Below are positions 1 to 9,357 of a stretch of DNA of 64,000 nt, piece by piece. A model generated the notes under the pieces. The model did not search any database and was not told the origin of the DNA. It saw nothing but the letters and a program-made list of their open reading frames with translations. Numbering within the stretch: position 1 is the first letter of the stretch; each line of letters begins with the position of its first letter. A program made the position numbers and the translations under genes. The stretch is from contig OY970303.1 in NCBI GenBank assembly GCA_963716255.1, forward strand, positions 1,184,001 through 1,248,000. Reading direction: 5' to 3'. This DNA is from an uncultured Gemmatimonadales bacterium (GTDB taxonomy: Bacteria > Gemmatimonadota > Gemmatimonadetes > Longimicrobiales > Longimicrobiaceae).

Positions 1-1602
1 GGCGAGGCCGATCCCGCTCCCCCCAGTCGCGGCCTCCGCCGCCCTCGACAGGCGATGGTAGGGGCGCCAGATCCGGTCCCGGTCCGCGGCCGGGATGCCG
101 GGCCCCTCGTCGTCCACCCGGATCCGGATCTCCGCCCCGACGCGCTCCACGCCGACCTCCACGTGCTGCCCGTCGGGGCCGTACTTCACCGCGTTGTCGA
201 GCAGGTTGAGAACCGCCTGGCGGATGGCGTCCGCGTCGACGGCCGCGTACACGCCCGGAGCCCCGGCCAGCCGGAGCGAGGCGCCCCGCGACGATGCGAG
301 CGGCGCGAAGGACTCGACCGTTTCCCGGACCACGCGGTCGACGTCGGTGGGCGCGGACGCCACCGGCTCGGGCCGCCGCTCGGAGCCGGCGAAACGGAGG
401 ACGTTCTCGACGAGGTAGCTCAACCGCCGCGCCTCGTCGCTGATGATGTGGATGGAGCGGGCGCGCTGCGGCTCCGGCAGCCGCCCCGACAGGAGCAGGT
501 CGGCGAACAGGCGGATCTGGGCCAGCGGAGTGCGGAGCTCGTGCGACACCCCCGAGACGAATTCGCTCCGCATCCGGGTGAGCTCCTGCTGCCGGCGCAT
601 CTGCACCAGCGCGATCACCCCCAGCAGCAGGGTCAGGAACAGGACGCCGACGAGGAGGGGGAGGCGTGACCGCGGCAGTCCCCCGATCACCAGGCGGTCC
701 GCGATCTCGGGCCGGACTCCCACGCGCAGAACCAGGCGCCCGAAGTCCTCCCCGACGGTGTCCACCGCCACGGTGGTGGGGTTGAGAGTCCCCCGGGACC
801 GGAAGACGGGCTCCCCGGACGGCGAGGAAACCGCGACCGCGAGCAGCGCCCGGTTGGGCTCGCCGTCCGTGAGCGTGGGCGGAAGCAGCGGGTCCCGCTC
901 CAGGATCCCCGTGATCACCGAGCGGGTGAACTCCGGCAGGTCCAGAACGAACCCGTAGACCCCGGAGGGCTCCCCCTCCTCCGTGGTGGCGATCCTGTAC
1001 AGCAGGGACTTCGACGGCTGCCCGGGAACGGGCACCCGGGTGATCCCCTCGCCGTCGTCGCTGATCTGGCGGGTCACGCGGCTGCTTCCGTGGCGGATCG
1101 TCACTTCACGGGCGGGCGGCGGGGGCACCCGCAGCTTCGATGCCTGCTCCCGGACCCACCCCAGCTGCGCCGCGGAAAGCCTGGACGAGGTGACGGCGAA
1201 GCGCCCGTCCGTGAGGTTCAGGTAGAAGAAGTCGTGAGTCGCGCCGGAGCAGCCGCACCGGTCGAGCGCCGGCTCGGTCCAGCGCAGCAGGTCGGTGACC
1301 GCCGACTCGGGATCCCGGTCGGCGGGCGTGAGCTGGGACGGCAGCCCTCTCGCGAGGGCCGCGGAAAGTGTCTGCTTCGCCGTTTCCCCGAGCCGGCGCT
1401 CGAGCTCCCAGCTCGCAAACGCCCCGTAGTCCCGGAGCGTGCCCTCGCTGGCCGCGCGGTGCGAGCGCGCGGCGTCCTGCGCCTGGTAGGCGAGCACGCC
1501 GGAAAGGGCGAAGGTGAGCACCAGCACCACCAGCGGCAGGGAGCGGGACAATCCGGGTTCCTTCCAGCGCCTGCCGGTGGAAAGGGGCAGCCTTGTTCGC
1601 AT
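1..1602 (-). CDS. Membrane sensor histidine kinase (3' end runs off window)
   Basis: Manual minus-strand translation from ATG at 1602 (MRTRLPLSTG...LPLVVLVLTFALSGVLAY, TM segment). It contains an H-box (FVSGVSHELRTPLAQI), an N-box (QAVLNLLDNAVKY) and a G2 box (GGSGIGLA) at the window edge. It is absent from the ORF track because the stop is outside the window. Confidence 0.88.
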   Translation of the reverse strand, partial: MRTRLPLSTGRRWKEPGLSRSLPLVVLVLTFALSGVLAYQAQDAARSHRAASEGTLRDYGAFASWELERRLGETAKQTLSAALARGLPSQLTPADRDPESAVTDLLRWTEPALDRCGCSGATHDFFYLNLTDGRFAVTSSRLSAAQLGWVREQASKLRVPPPPAREVTIRHGSSRVTRQISDDGEGITRVPVPGQPSKSLLYRIATTEEGEPSGVYGFVLDLPEFTRSVITGILERDPLLPPTLTDGEPNRALLAVAVSSPSGEPVFRSRGTLNPTTVAVDTVGEDFGRLVLRVGVRPEIADRLVIGGLPRSRLPLLVGVLFLTLLLGVIALVQMRRQQELTRMRSEFVSGVSHELRTPLAQIRLFADLLLSGRLPEPQRARSIHIISDEARRLSYLVENVLRFAGSERRPEPVASAPTDVDRVVRETVESFAPLASSRGASLRLAGAPGVYAAVDADAIRQAVLNLLDNAVKYGPDGQHVEVGVERVGAEIRIRVDDEGPGIPAADRDRIWRPYHRLSRAAEAATGGSGIGLA

Positions 1603-1779
1603 CCTGTTCACCAGCGAGTCCGGGGCCGTCCGGCCGCGGGCCCGCGAGGCCGGGGTCCGGTCGTACGAAGCACGGGTACGGGAAAGGTCCCATACCCGTG
1701 AAAGGCGCAGGGGGTGCCGCGGCCCTCCGGCGCGGCGTCCGCCCCGGGGCGGGCCGTCCGCCGCGGGTCCTTCCGGCGG

Positions 1780-2259
1780 CTACGGACGGCGGCGCGGGCG
1801 CGACGGACCGTTCTCGAACCGGATCCGGGCCCTCTGGATGCCCAGGATCGGGTGCGGCGGGTCCATCCCGATGCGGATCATCACCCCCCGGATGTCCTCG
1901 CCCTTCTGCACGTAGACCGTCATGGCGTTCCCGTCCTCGACCGGCTGCTCGAATCCCAGCACCGTGTACCCGGCGAACTCGGCGGCCACGTCGGTGGCCG
2001 GGATCATCCCCTCGCCGTTGCCGTAGTCCGGCGCCGCGTGCTGCGTCAGGTACGCTTCCGCCGCGATGAAGTCGCCGCGGAGGAGGGGCTCCAGGAATCC
2101 GGCCGCGCGGCGGGCGCGCATGTCGTCCGTCGGGAAGGTGCGGAAGGGCAGGTTCGCGGTCTGCTGCTGCTGCTGCACCGCCCCCTGCTGGGCGGACAGG
2201 GCGCCGGAGCCCGCCACGAGCAGGAAGAGAGCGAGCAGGGCGTGGGCGATGCGGTTCAT
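1780..2259 (-). CDS. Secreted hypothetical protein
   Basis: Signal-peptide-like start MNRIAHALLALFLLVAGSGALSA-Q; host-like composition. Confidence 0.65.
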   Translation of the reverse strand: MNRIAHALLALFLLVAGSGALSAQQGAVQQQQQTANLPFRTFPTDDMRARRAAGFLEPLLRGDFIAAEAYLTQHAAPDYGNGEGMIPATDVAAEFAGYTVLGFEQPVEDGNAMTVYVQKGEDIRGVMIRIGMDPPHPILGIQRARIRFENGPSRPRRRP

Positions 2260-2418
2260 GGGACCTCTGTCGTTCCGGTTGTGAGGCACGGGCCTTCCCG
2301 CGCCGAATGACCATCAATCTGGCGACCCGGATCCGGGTTCGTGTTACGCTGGCGTATGCAGGTATCCTGGGTTCTGTAAGCGTTCTGTCAGGACGCACCT
2401 TCCGCCGGCGTCCGCCGG

Positions 2419-5400
2419 TCAGGTGCCCTGGATCCGGACGCTGTTCGTGGCCACGGCGTTCCGCACCGGCTCCGGCACCCTCTGCCACTGCTCGGGCGTC
2501 AGGACGGCCCGGGCCTGGTTCAGCGCGTCCTGCACGTGGGTCCGCCCCTGGTTGAGCTGCGGTCCGAGCTTTTCGAAGATCGCGCCCACGTTGCCGGACG
2601 GGACCCCGCCCGTTCCGCCCAGCGCCGCCCCGAGCTGGGCACGGATCGGCAGGTTCTTCGCCTCCAGCGCCTTGCGGATCTCCTCCAGCCGCCCGGCCTG
2701 CTCTTCCGAAAGCGACAGCGTGTCGCGCAGCGCGAGGATGCCTTCGATCGGCCGGGGAAGCAGGCGGTCGAGGATCATTCCCTCCTGCTCGGGGCCCGGC
2801 TGTGCGCCCGCCGCCTGCGGCGGGGGCAGGGTGGGGTGATACTCGATGATGCGGATCGCGCCTTCCCGCCCGCCCAGCCCCAGCCCGATGAACCCGCCCC
2901 ACGGGTCGCGCTCCGGATTCGGCCCCACGATGAGCCTCGCCGAAAGCTGGATGCCGAAGGGGGAGCCGGACAGGGCCGCCCGGGACCGGGTCTGTCCGAA
3001 CCGCTCGTTGACCTCGTAGCGGAAGCTGCGCGTCTCGGGATCGAAGCCGCGCGGGTACAGGAGGACATCATCGTTCAGCCATCCTCCCTGGCCCCACCCG
3101 CGCAGTCCGCCGTTGCCGTGGAGCAGGAGGTCCAGCCCCGCGGTGACGTTGCTCACGTCCATGCCCAGGGAGAGGCGCCGGCCGAGCGAGCCGATGGTGG
3201 GAGTGTAGGCGACCCGCACGTCGAGCGTGTGCTCCCACCCGGTACGGCAGTCGTTGCGCCGGACGATGCCGCCGAGGTTGGCGCGCAGGCAGGCCGCGGC
3301 GTGCTCCGGCGCGGCTTCCAGCAGCCGCTGCATCGCCGCGCCGAGTCCGGGATCCGCCGTGGAGGCGGGATCGAAGACGAAGGCCGCGTCGTTGAACGCG
3401 CCGTCGCCGTTGACGTCGCCGACCACCCACGGCGTGAAGGGCGCGCCGGACATCGCCCGTCCGATCAGCGAGACCTCCCAGGAGCTCCCCAGCGGACGTC
3501 CGATGATCGCGCTGAGCGCGTGGCGGCGGTCGTCGTCGCCCGGGGCCCAGCCGGGCCGGTTGGGGTCGCCCCGCGTGACGGTCGAGGCGAAGCCGCTGCG
3601 CGGGCCCCCGAACGCGAACGAGGACTGGTCCCGCGTCCGGGAAAGCGTGTAGGAGAGCTGGAAGTTCGTCCCTATGCTCGACAGCATCCCGTTCAGCGCC
3701 ACCGTGAGCGCCCCCGTCCTGGAACGGAGCCCGGAATGCACCTCGTACGCCTGGGCGAACCGCCCGTCCCGCCGGGAAGCGAGGAGCGGGATCGTCCCCG
3801 TGCCCGGGTCGATCGCCGCGGCGGGAGCGAACACCGGCCGCCCGTCCTCCGCGTCCAGGGTGAACGCGGGAGCGGACGCCAGGTTGAGGTCGCGCACCCC
3901 GTACTGGCTCATCCCCAGGATGTAGAAGCCGTCGATGGACAGCGTGACCCGCTGCCGCAGCGTGACGTCGTAGCCCAGCGACGCCCGCCAGGAGCGCGGC
4001 GCCTCGAAAGCAGGAGCGAAGGCGGCCACGTTGGGAAGTCCGCGGCTCGCGGGGAGGCCCGCGGACCCGTCCGCGCAGGTGGTGGGCACGGAGGAGCCAT
4101 CCTCCCGGAAACGGCGGAAGTCGGTCGTGGGGACCAGCCCCTCCCCCACGCACGAAAGGAACGCGTCCCCCCCCGCGCCGCGGCCCGCGTTCAGCACCTC
4201 CGCGTACAGGGAGAACGGCGTGCGCCCCCGGAACTCCCCGATTCCCCCCCGCAGCGACCGCGGCCGGTCCCCACCCGTGGACCAGGTGAAGCCCAGCCGC
4301 GGGCTCACGTGCACCTCCGTGGGGATCCGGTCGGTGTGCAGCCCGAACGCGGAATCCGCGGCGGGGCTGCGCTCCGGCGCCGCCCCGAACCCCGAGCCGT
4401 CCACCCGCACCCCGTAGACCACCTGCAGCGGCTCCGTCGGCCGCCAGGTGTCGCCCAGGTAGAGCGCGGCGCTCCACCCGCTCCCCCGCGTCGCCTCGCC
4501 GGGGAGAGTACGGGTGAAGGAGGTCGCCCGCCCCGCCTCCAGGTCGGCCAGCGAGGCGAAGGAGAAGCTCCCGTTGCTCCCCAGCGCGTCGAGCTGCCGG
4601 AAGGCGGTGTGGCCGAAGGAGGCGCCCAGCTTGAACCGGTGCGTCCCCCCCACGAGCAGCGACAGCTCGTCGGCGACCTCGATGCCGCGCTCGCTGGTTT
4701 CCCCGGGTGGAAGCGGGTCTCCGCCAAAGGAGAGCGTGGTCACCCCCGCCCCGCCCTCCTCCAGCGCGGACAGCACCTGCACCCGTCCGGCGGGGACGAC
4801 GAGCGTCGAGGTGAAGTCGCGCCCGCCGTTGGAGACGGACGCCCGCAGCTCGTTCACCCACGAGGTGCCGAAGCGGGAGGTCAGCGTGGCCGTCGCGCCG
4901 TTCGCGCGGCTGGACATCCCGCCTCCGCTTTCCAGGAGCTCGAGCGGACGGAGGAGCGTATTCGCCACGTCGGAACGGGTCGCGTAGCCGCGCAGGGACA
5001 CCGTGTGCCGATCGGTCGGCGAGTAGTCCACGCGGGCCAGCGTGCTGAGTGCGTCCCGGGTGCGGGTGAACGGGCCCGTCTGCGCCGAAGCGGACACCCC
5101 CTGGATGCGCTCCAGGATGTCCAGGAACCGCGCCACGGAGTCCGGATCGACCCCCAGCAGCGAGTACCCGTCCGGCGAGCGGGGCTCCAAGGCGTACAGG
5201 TCCTCCGAGCGCCGCTGCGCGGCCAGGCTCACGCTGAAGAGGAGCCGGTCGCGGATGATGGGGCCGCTGATCCCACCGCTGAAGCGGTTCTGGGTGAAGC
5301 CTCCCGTCCAGGGGCCGCGGCCCGCGCCGCCCTGGAGCACGTTGTCCCCCATGCGGTAGGACATGGACCCCTCGAGCCTGTTGGTCCCGGCCCGTGTGGT

Positions 5401-6132
5401 CATGGCGATCTGCCCGCCCGAGAACTGGCCGCGCGCGACGTCGTACGTGCTGGTGATGACCTGCGTGGACGCCATCCCCTCCTGGGGGAGTCCCAGCGGG
5501 GAGCCCCCGGGCGAGCCGCCGGAAAGGAGGGAGGCGAAGGTCGCTCCGTCCAGCGTGACCTGGTTCTGCGAGGCGCGCTGGCCGAGGACCGAGAAGTTCC
5601 CCCCTCCGCCCAGCGAGTCGCCCCTGACCACCACGCCCGGGACGAGCCCTGCCAGCGAGGCCGGGTCGGTGGTATCGAGCGGGAGCTTGGCGGCGAGATC
5701 GCCCGATACGCCGCGCGACTGCGAGCCGGCGTCCACGCGGGTGGAGGGCGCAGGCCGGCTCCCCCGGGCGATCAGACCCTGCAGCCGGACCGCCTGGATC
5801 TGGAGCTGAAAGTCCTGGATGAGCACCTCCTCGCTCCCCCGGCGCTCCACCCTCATCTCGACCGGCGCCGCTCCCAGGCGCGACACGCGCACCCGGTAGC
5901 GTCCCTCGCCGTCCGGGAAGACCAGGGTGTACCGCCCCTGCGCGTCGGTGGTACCGGCTCGCCGGATCCCGCTCGCGGCGGACCAGGCTTCGACCTGCGC
6001 TCCGGCGACGGGAGCACCGTTCGCGTCCGTCACCCTGCCCCGCAGGATGTCGGTGGCGCCGCCCTGCGCCGCCGCCGGCACCGACAGGAGCAGCATCAGG
6101 AAGACCAGAACCATCCACCGGTCGCACCGCAT
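2419..6132 (-). CDS. TonB-dependent receptor-like outer membrane protein with N-terminal carboxypeptidase-regulatory-like domain (Oar type)
   Basis: Signal peptide, then ILRGRVTDANGAPVAGAQV...TTDAQGRYTL, a plug-like region (STYDVARGQFSGG...TTRAGTN), many barrel strands (SPRLGFTW), a DVNGDG motif and a helical C-terminal extension. Start is approximate. Confidence 0.8.
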   Translation of the reverse strand: MRCDRWMVLVFLMLLLSVPAAAQGGATDILRGRVTDANGAPVAGAQVEAWSAASGIRRAGTTDAQGRYTLVFPDGEGRYRVRVSRLGAAPVEMRVERRGSEEVLIQDFQLQIQAVRLQGLIARGSRPAPSTRVDAGSQSRGVSGDLAAKLPLDTTDPASLAGLVPGVVVRGDSLGGGGNFSVLGQRASQNQVTLDGATFASLLSGGSPGGSPLGLPQEGMASTQVITSTYDVARGQFSGGQIAMTTRAGTNRLEGSMSYRMGDNVLQGGAGRGPWTGGFTQNRFSGGISGPIIRDRLLFSVSLAAQRRSEDLYALEPRSPDGYSLLGVDPDSVARFLDILERIQGVSASAQTGPFTRTRDALSTLARVDYSPTDRHTVSLRGYATRSDVANTLLRPLELLESGGGMSSRANGATATLTSRFGTSWVNELRASVSNGGRDFTSTLVVPAGRVQVLSALEEGGAGVTTLSFGGDPLPPGETSERGIEVADELSLLVGGTHRFKLGASFGHTAFRQLDALGSNGSFSFASLADLEAGRATSFTRTLPGEATRGSGWSAALYLGDTWRPTEPLQVVYGVRVDGSGFGAAPERSPAADSAFGLHTDRIPTEVHVSPRLGFTWSTGGDRPRSLRGGIGEFRGRTPFSLYAEVLNAGRGAGGDAFLSCVGEGLVPTTDFRRFREDGSSVPTTCADGSAGLPASRGLPNVAAFAPAFEAPRSWRASLGYDVTLRQRVTLSIDGFYILGMSQYGVRDLNLASAPAFTLDAEDGRPVFAPAAAIDPGTGTIPLLASRRDGRFAQAYEVHSGLRSRTGALTVALNGMLSSIGTNFQLSYTLSRTRDQSSFAFGGPRSGFASTVTRGDPNRPGWAPGDDDRRHALSAIIGRPLGSSWEVSLIGRAMSGAPFTPWVVGDVNGDGAFNDAAFVFDPASTADPGLGAAMQRLLEAAPEHAAACLRANLGGIVRRNDCRTGWEHTLDVRVAYTPTIGSLGRRLSLGMDVSNVTAGLDLLLHGNGGLRGWGQGGWLNDDVLLYPRGFDPETRSFRYEVNERFGQTRSRAALSGSPFGIQLSARLIVGPNPERDPWGGFIGLGLGGREGAIRIIEYHPTLPPPQAAGAQPGPEQEGMILDRLLPRPIEGILALRDTLSLSEEQAGRLEEIRKALEAKNLPIRAQLGAALGGTGGVPSGNVGAIFEKLGPQLNQGRTHVQDALNQARAVLTPEQWQRVPEPVRNAVATNSVRIQGT

Positions 6133-6492
6133 TCGAGCTCCTGGGCCGAGGGTTTCTCGGAGCGCGGCGGCCGCGCGCCGGATTCCGGGTCGTTCACCCT
6201 CGAAGGTAGGCACGCAGCCACGAGCAGCGGCGATGCCGGGGTAAGCGAGTGTTGGGAGGGAAGTATGGGAATTGTATGGAAACCGTAAGTGGAGCCCTGG
6301 AGTGGAAGCGGCACGGGGGCGGCCCGGAAGCGCGGGTCAGGCCCCTTCCCTGTCCAGCGCCGATATATCGGTCAAAGTCCGTTCCCGGCGAGGAACGGCG
6401 GATGCCGGGTCTTGTCCACCGTACATTGCCCGCGTTTCGATTGACGGCCCGGTACGCGGCAGATCCCTCCCGCAAGCCGATCCGCCCCGACC

Positions 6493-7380
6493 TCACCCCT
6501 TGAGCACCCGGTCCAGCGAGCGGTACTGGATGGCCTCCGAGACGTGCACCGTCTCCACGTGGGCCGAGCCCGCCAGGTCCGCCACCGTGCGCGCGATCTT
6601 CAGCACCCGGTGGTACGCCCGCGCCGACAGCCCCAGCTTCATGATCGCCGTACGCAGCAGCGCATCGCTCCCCTCCCCCACCCGGCAGAACTGGTGCAGG
6701 TCGCGCGCCGTCATGTGCGCGTTGGCGTGGATCTCCGCCCGCCCCGCGAAGCGCGCCCGCTGGATCTCCCGCGCCCGGCTCACCCGCTCCCGGATCGCCT
6801 CGCTCGGCTCCCCCTCGCGACGGTCCGCCAGGTCGCGGTAGTGCACCGCCGGCACCTCCACATGGAGGTCCAGCCGGTCCAGCAGCGGCCCCGACACGCG
6901 CGACAGGTAGCGCTGCACCGCCTGCGGCGCGCACGCGCACCGGCGCTGTCCGTCGCCATGATACCCGCAGGGGCAGGGGTTCATGGCGGCCACCAGCATG
7001 AAGCGCGACGGATACGTCAGCGACACCGCCGCGCGCGACAGCGTCACCCGCCCGTCCTCCAGCGGCTGCCGCAGCTGCTCCAGCACGTTGCGCCGGAACT
7101 CCGGCAGCTCGTCCAGGAAGAGCACCCCGTTGTGCGCCAGCGATGCCTCGCCGGGCCGCGGGTTGGAGCCGCCGCCGATGAGCCCCGCGTCCGAGATGGT
7201 CGTGTGCGGGTTCCGGAACGGGCGCGTGCCCACCAGCGACTTCCCTCCGTTCAGCAGCCCCGCCACCGAGTGGATCTTGCTGGTCTCCAGCGCCTCCTCG
7301 AACGTCAGCGGCGGGAGGATGCCGGGGATGCGCTGCGCCAGCATCGTCTTGCCCGAGCCCGGCGGGCCCACCATCAGGAT
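6493..7380 (-). pseudogene. comM: comM/yifB Mg-chelatase-like AAA+ ATPase, 3' portion (interrupted by the integrated element)
   Basis: [12 protein letters not shown] (Walker A), [27 protein letters not shown] (Walker B), [38 protein letters not shown]. Confidence 0.95.
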
Positions 7381-7399
7381 AGTGTTGTATAGAGACCCC
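7376..7399. other. Left attachment site (core AGGAT plus element arm AGTGTTGTATAGAGACCCC)
   Basis: Arm 7381-7399 is the reverse complement (17/19) of arm 22798-22816. Confidence 0.9.
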
Positions 7400-7413
7400 C
7401 TGCCCATTATATT
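7385..7413 (+). promoter_or_regulatory. Putative sigma70 promoter for the integrase
   Basis: TTGTAT (7385-7390), 17 bp, TATATT (7408-7413), 31 bp upstream of the integrase ATG; the -35 lies inside the att arm. Confidence 0.55.
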
Positions 7414-7444
7414 AGGCCCTGCACCCTAACCCGGGCAGGGCCTA

Positions 7445-9013
7445 ATGCGCGCTTATAGTTACACCCGCTTTTCCTCCCCCGAACAAGCGAAGGGAGACAG
7501 CTTCCGCCGGCAGACGAGCCTTGCGCAAACGTACGCGCTCCACCGCGGGCTCAATCTCGACGACCAGCTAACGTTCCAGGATCTCGGGGTGTCGGCCTTC
7601 CGCGGCGCGAATGCCGCGACCGGCCGTCTCGCCGCCTTCCTGGAAGCGGTGCGTAGCGGCCTGGTGGAGCCCGGGTCTTTCCTGCTGGTCGAGAGCCTGG
7701 ACCGGATTTCACGCCAGACCGCAAGAACCGCGTTTAATCTGCTGGGGCGTCTGGTCGACGAGGGCGTAACGGTCGTGACCCTCTCCGACGGGCGGGAATA
7801 CACGGCCGACCGTCTGGACAACGACCCGACGGCGCTACTGCTGAGTATCCTAACTTTTCTCCGCGCGAACGAGGAGAGCGAAACCAAGGCGCGGCGCCTC
7901 CGGTCGGTATGGGAGGCCAAGCGAGCGACGGCCGCGGCCCGGCCGCTTACGGGCATGTGCCCCGGGTGGCTGGAGCTGGACCGGGAGGCCGGGGCGTTCG
8001 TGGTGCTGGAGGATCGCGCGGAGGTGGTGCGCCGGATCTTCCGCGAAACGCTGGCGGGGAGCGGGCGGAACATCATCACGCGGCGCCTGAACGAGGAAGG
8101 GGTGGCACCTTTCGGCAGAGCGGCGCGGTGGCACGACACATACGTTGCGAAGATCCTTGAAAGTGAAGCCGTCGTCGGGGTTTTCGAGCCGCACCGGGTA
8201 GAGCACGCCGACGGGAAGCGAGTCCGGACCCCGACAGGGGAGAAAGTGCCCGGGTACTTTCCTCCCGTCGTTGACGCGGAGACGTTCGCGGCCGTGCGGG
8301 GGCTTGCGCAGGCACGAGAGGCCCGGAGGGGGAAAGGGAGGGGCCGCTACGCAGGCCCGCGGGGGCGGCATGCCGCCGAGCCGGTTCGGAACCTCTTCTC
8401 CGGGCTCCTCGGCTGTGGCCGCTGCGGCGGCACCTGCACCCGGGTGAACAAGGGGCGGGGCCCCAAGGGGGCGGCGTATTTGGCGTGCATGACGGCGAGG
8501 ACCGGCGCGGGCTGCAAGTATGAGGCGATCCGCTACGACGCCGCCGAGCGGTATTTCCTGGCCCGCGCCGCTGAACTGATCGAGCAGGCACCAGCGGGGG
8601 AGACGGACGAGGACGCCGTAGCGCTGCTGGAGCAGACGCGGCACAACCTTTTCGGACTTGCGGAAGAGGTCGAGCGCCTGCTCGACTCCCTCCAGCGCGC
8701 GCCCTCTCTGGCAATCGAGGGCCGGCTGGTGAAGCTGGAGGCGGCGAAGGCTGGGGTAGAAAAGGAACTCCGCGGCCTTGCGGCGCGGGTGGAATGGGCG
8801 CAAGGGCCATCCGTCCGGCGACGGCTCGACGATCTGGCGCAGGCGCTACAGGCCGCCCCGCTGGACCGCACGGCCGCAAATGCGACCATGCGGACGGTAT
8901 TCCGGCAGGTGGTCGTCGACTTCGACGCCGCGGAGCTGGTGCTACACTGGCAGCACGGCGGCGAGTCGCGGGTGGAGTATTCGCCTGGTCGCGAGTTCGT
9001 GGCGGCGATGTAG
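7445..9013 (+). CDS. Large serine recombinase (integrase)
   Basis: Catalytic YTRFS, LLVESLDRISR, recombinase domain (VVRRIF...LNEEG...FPPVVDAETF), Zn ribbon (LFSGLLGCGRCGG...YLAC...GC) and a coiled coil; 522 aa. Confidence 0.95.
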   Translation: MRAYSYTRFSSPEQAKGDSFRRQTSLAQTYALHRGLNLDDQLTFQDLGVSAFRGANAATGRLAAFLEAVRSGLVEPGSFLLVESLDRISRQTARTAFNLLGRLVDEGVTVVTLSDGREYTADRLDNDPTALLLSILTFLRANEESETKARRLRSVWEAKRATAAARPLTGMCPGWLELDREAGAFVVLEDRAEVVRRIFRETLAGSGRNIITRRLNEEGVAPFGRAARWHDTYVAKILESEAVVGVFEPHRVEHADGKRVRTPTGEKVPGYFPPVVDAETFAAVRGLAQAREARRGKGRGRYAGPRGRHAAEPVRNLFSGLLGCGRCGGTCTRVNKGRGPKGAAYLACMTARTGAGCKYEAIRYDAAERYFLARAAELIEQAPAGETDEDAVALLEQTRHNLFGLAEEVERLLDSLQRAPSLAIEGRLVKLEAAKAGVEKELRGLAARVEWAQGPSVRRRLDDLAQALQAAPLDRTAANATMRTVFRQVVVDFDAAELVLHWQHGGESRVEYSPGREFVAAM

Positions 9014-9262
9014 CTCCGGCCCCGCCCTAAAGGTTGTTCGTGACCAGGAGGAAGAGAAGCCACGCAATCACGGCGAGCCACCCGCCGAACGCATATGCGA
9101 CTGCGCTTCCCCCGGCCGCAACCACCAGCACAACACACCCTACTGTTTGTTGTTCTGTAATCATTATCGTTGCGGGGGAGAGTATGTGTTCCGGTGCGGG
9201 CACGGGTTAGCGTAGCACGTCGCAATCTACTCCGCTAGGACAGGGGCGGCGTGACATGACAC

Positions 9263-9332
9263 CCCCACAACGAACGATCCCCGGGAGCGACGGCCACCGT
9301 GTCGCCGTTCCCGGGGATCGTTCGTTGTGGGG
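9263..9332. terminator. Long hairpin between the convergent integrase and structural operon
   Basis: Perfect 24-bp inverted repeat CCCCACAACGAACGATCCCCGGGA (9263-9286 / 9309-9332), extendable by about 8 more pairs including G-U pairs and one mismatch. Confidence 0.65.
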
Positions 9333-9357
9333 CATCCTGCGCGGTTTCGGCCCCCTC

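Noticed and set aside
9157..9168. Fur-box-like TAATCATTATC
   Set aside because: Only part of the 19-bp consensus, lying between convergent gene ends with no iron-related gene.
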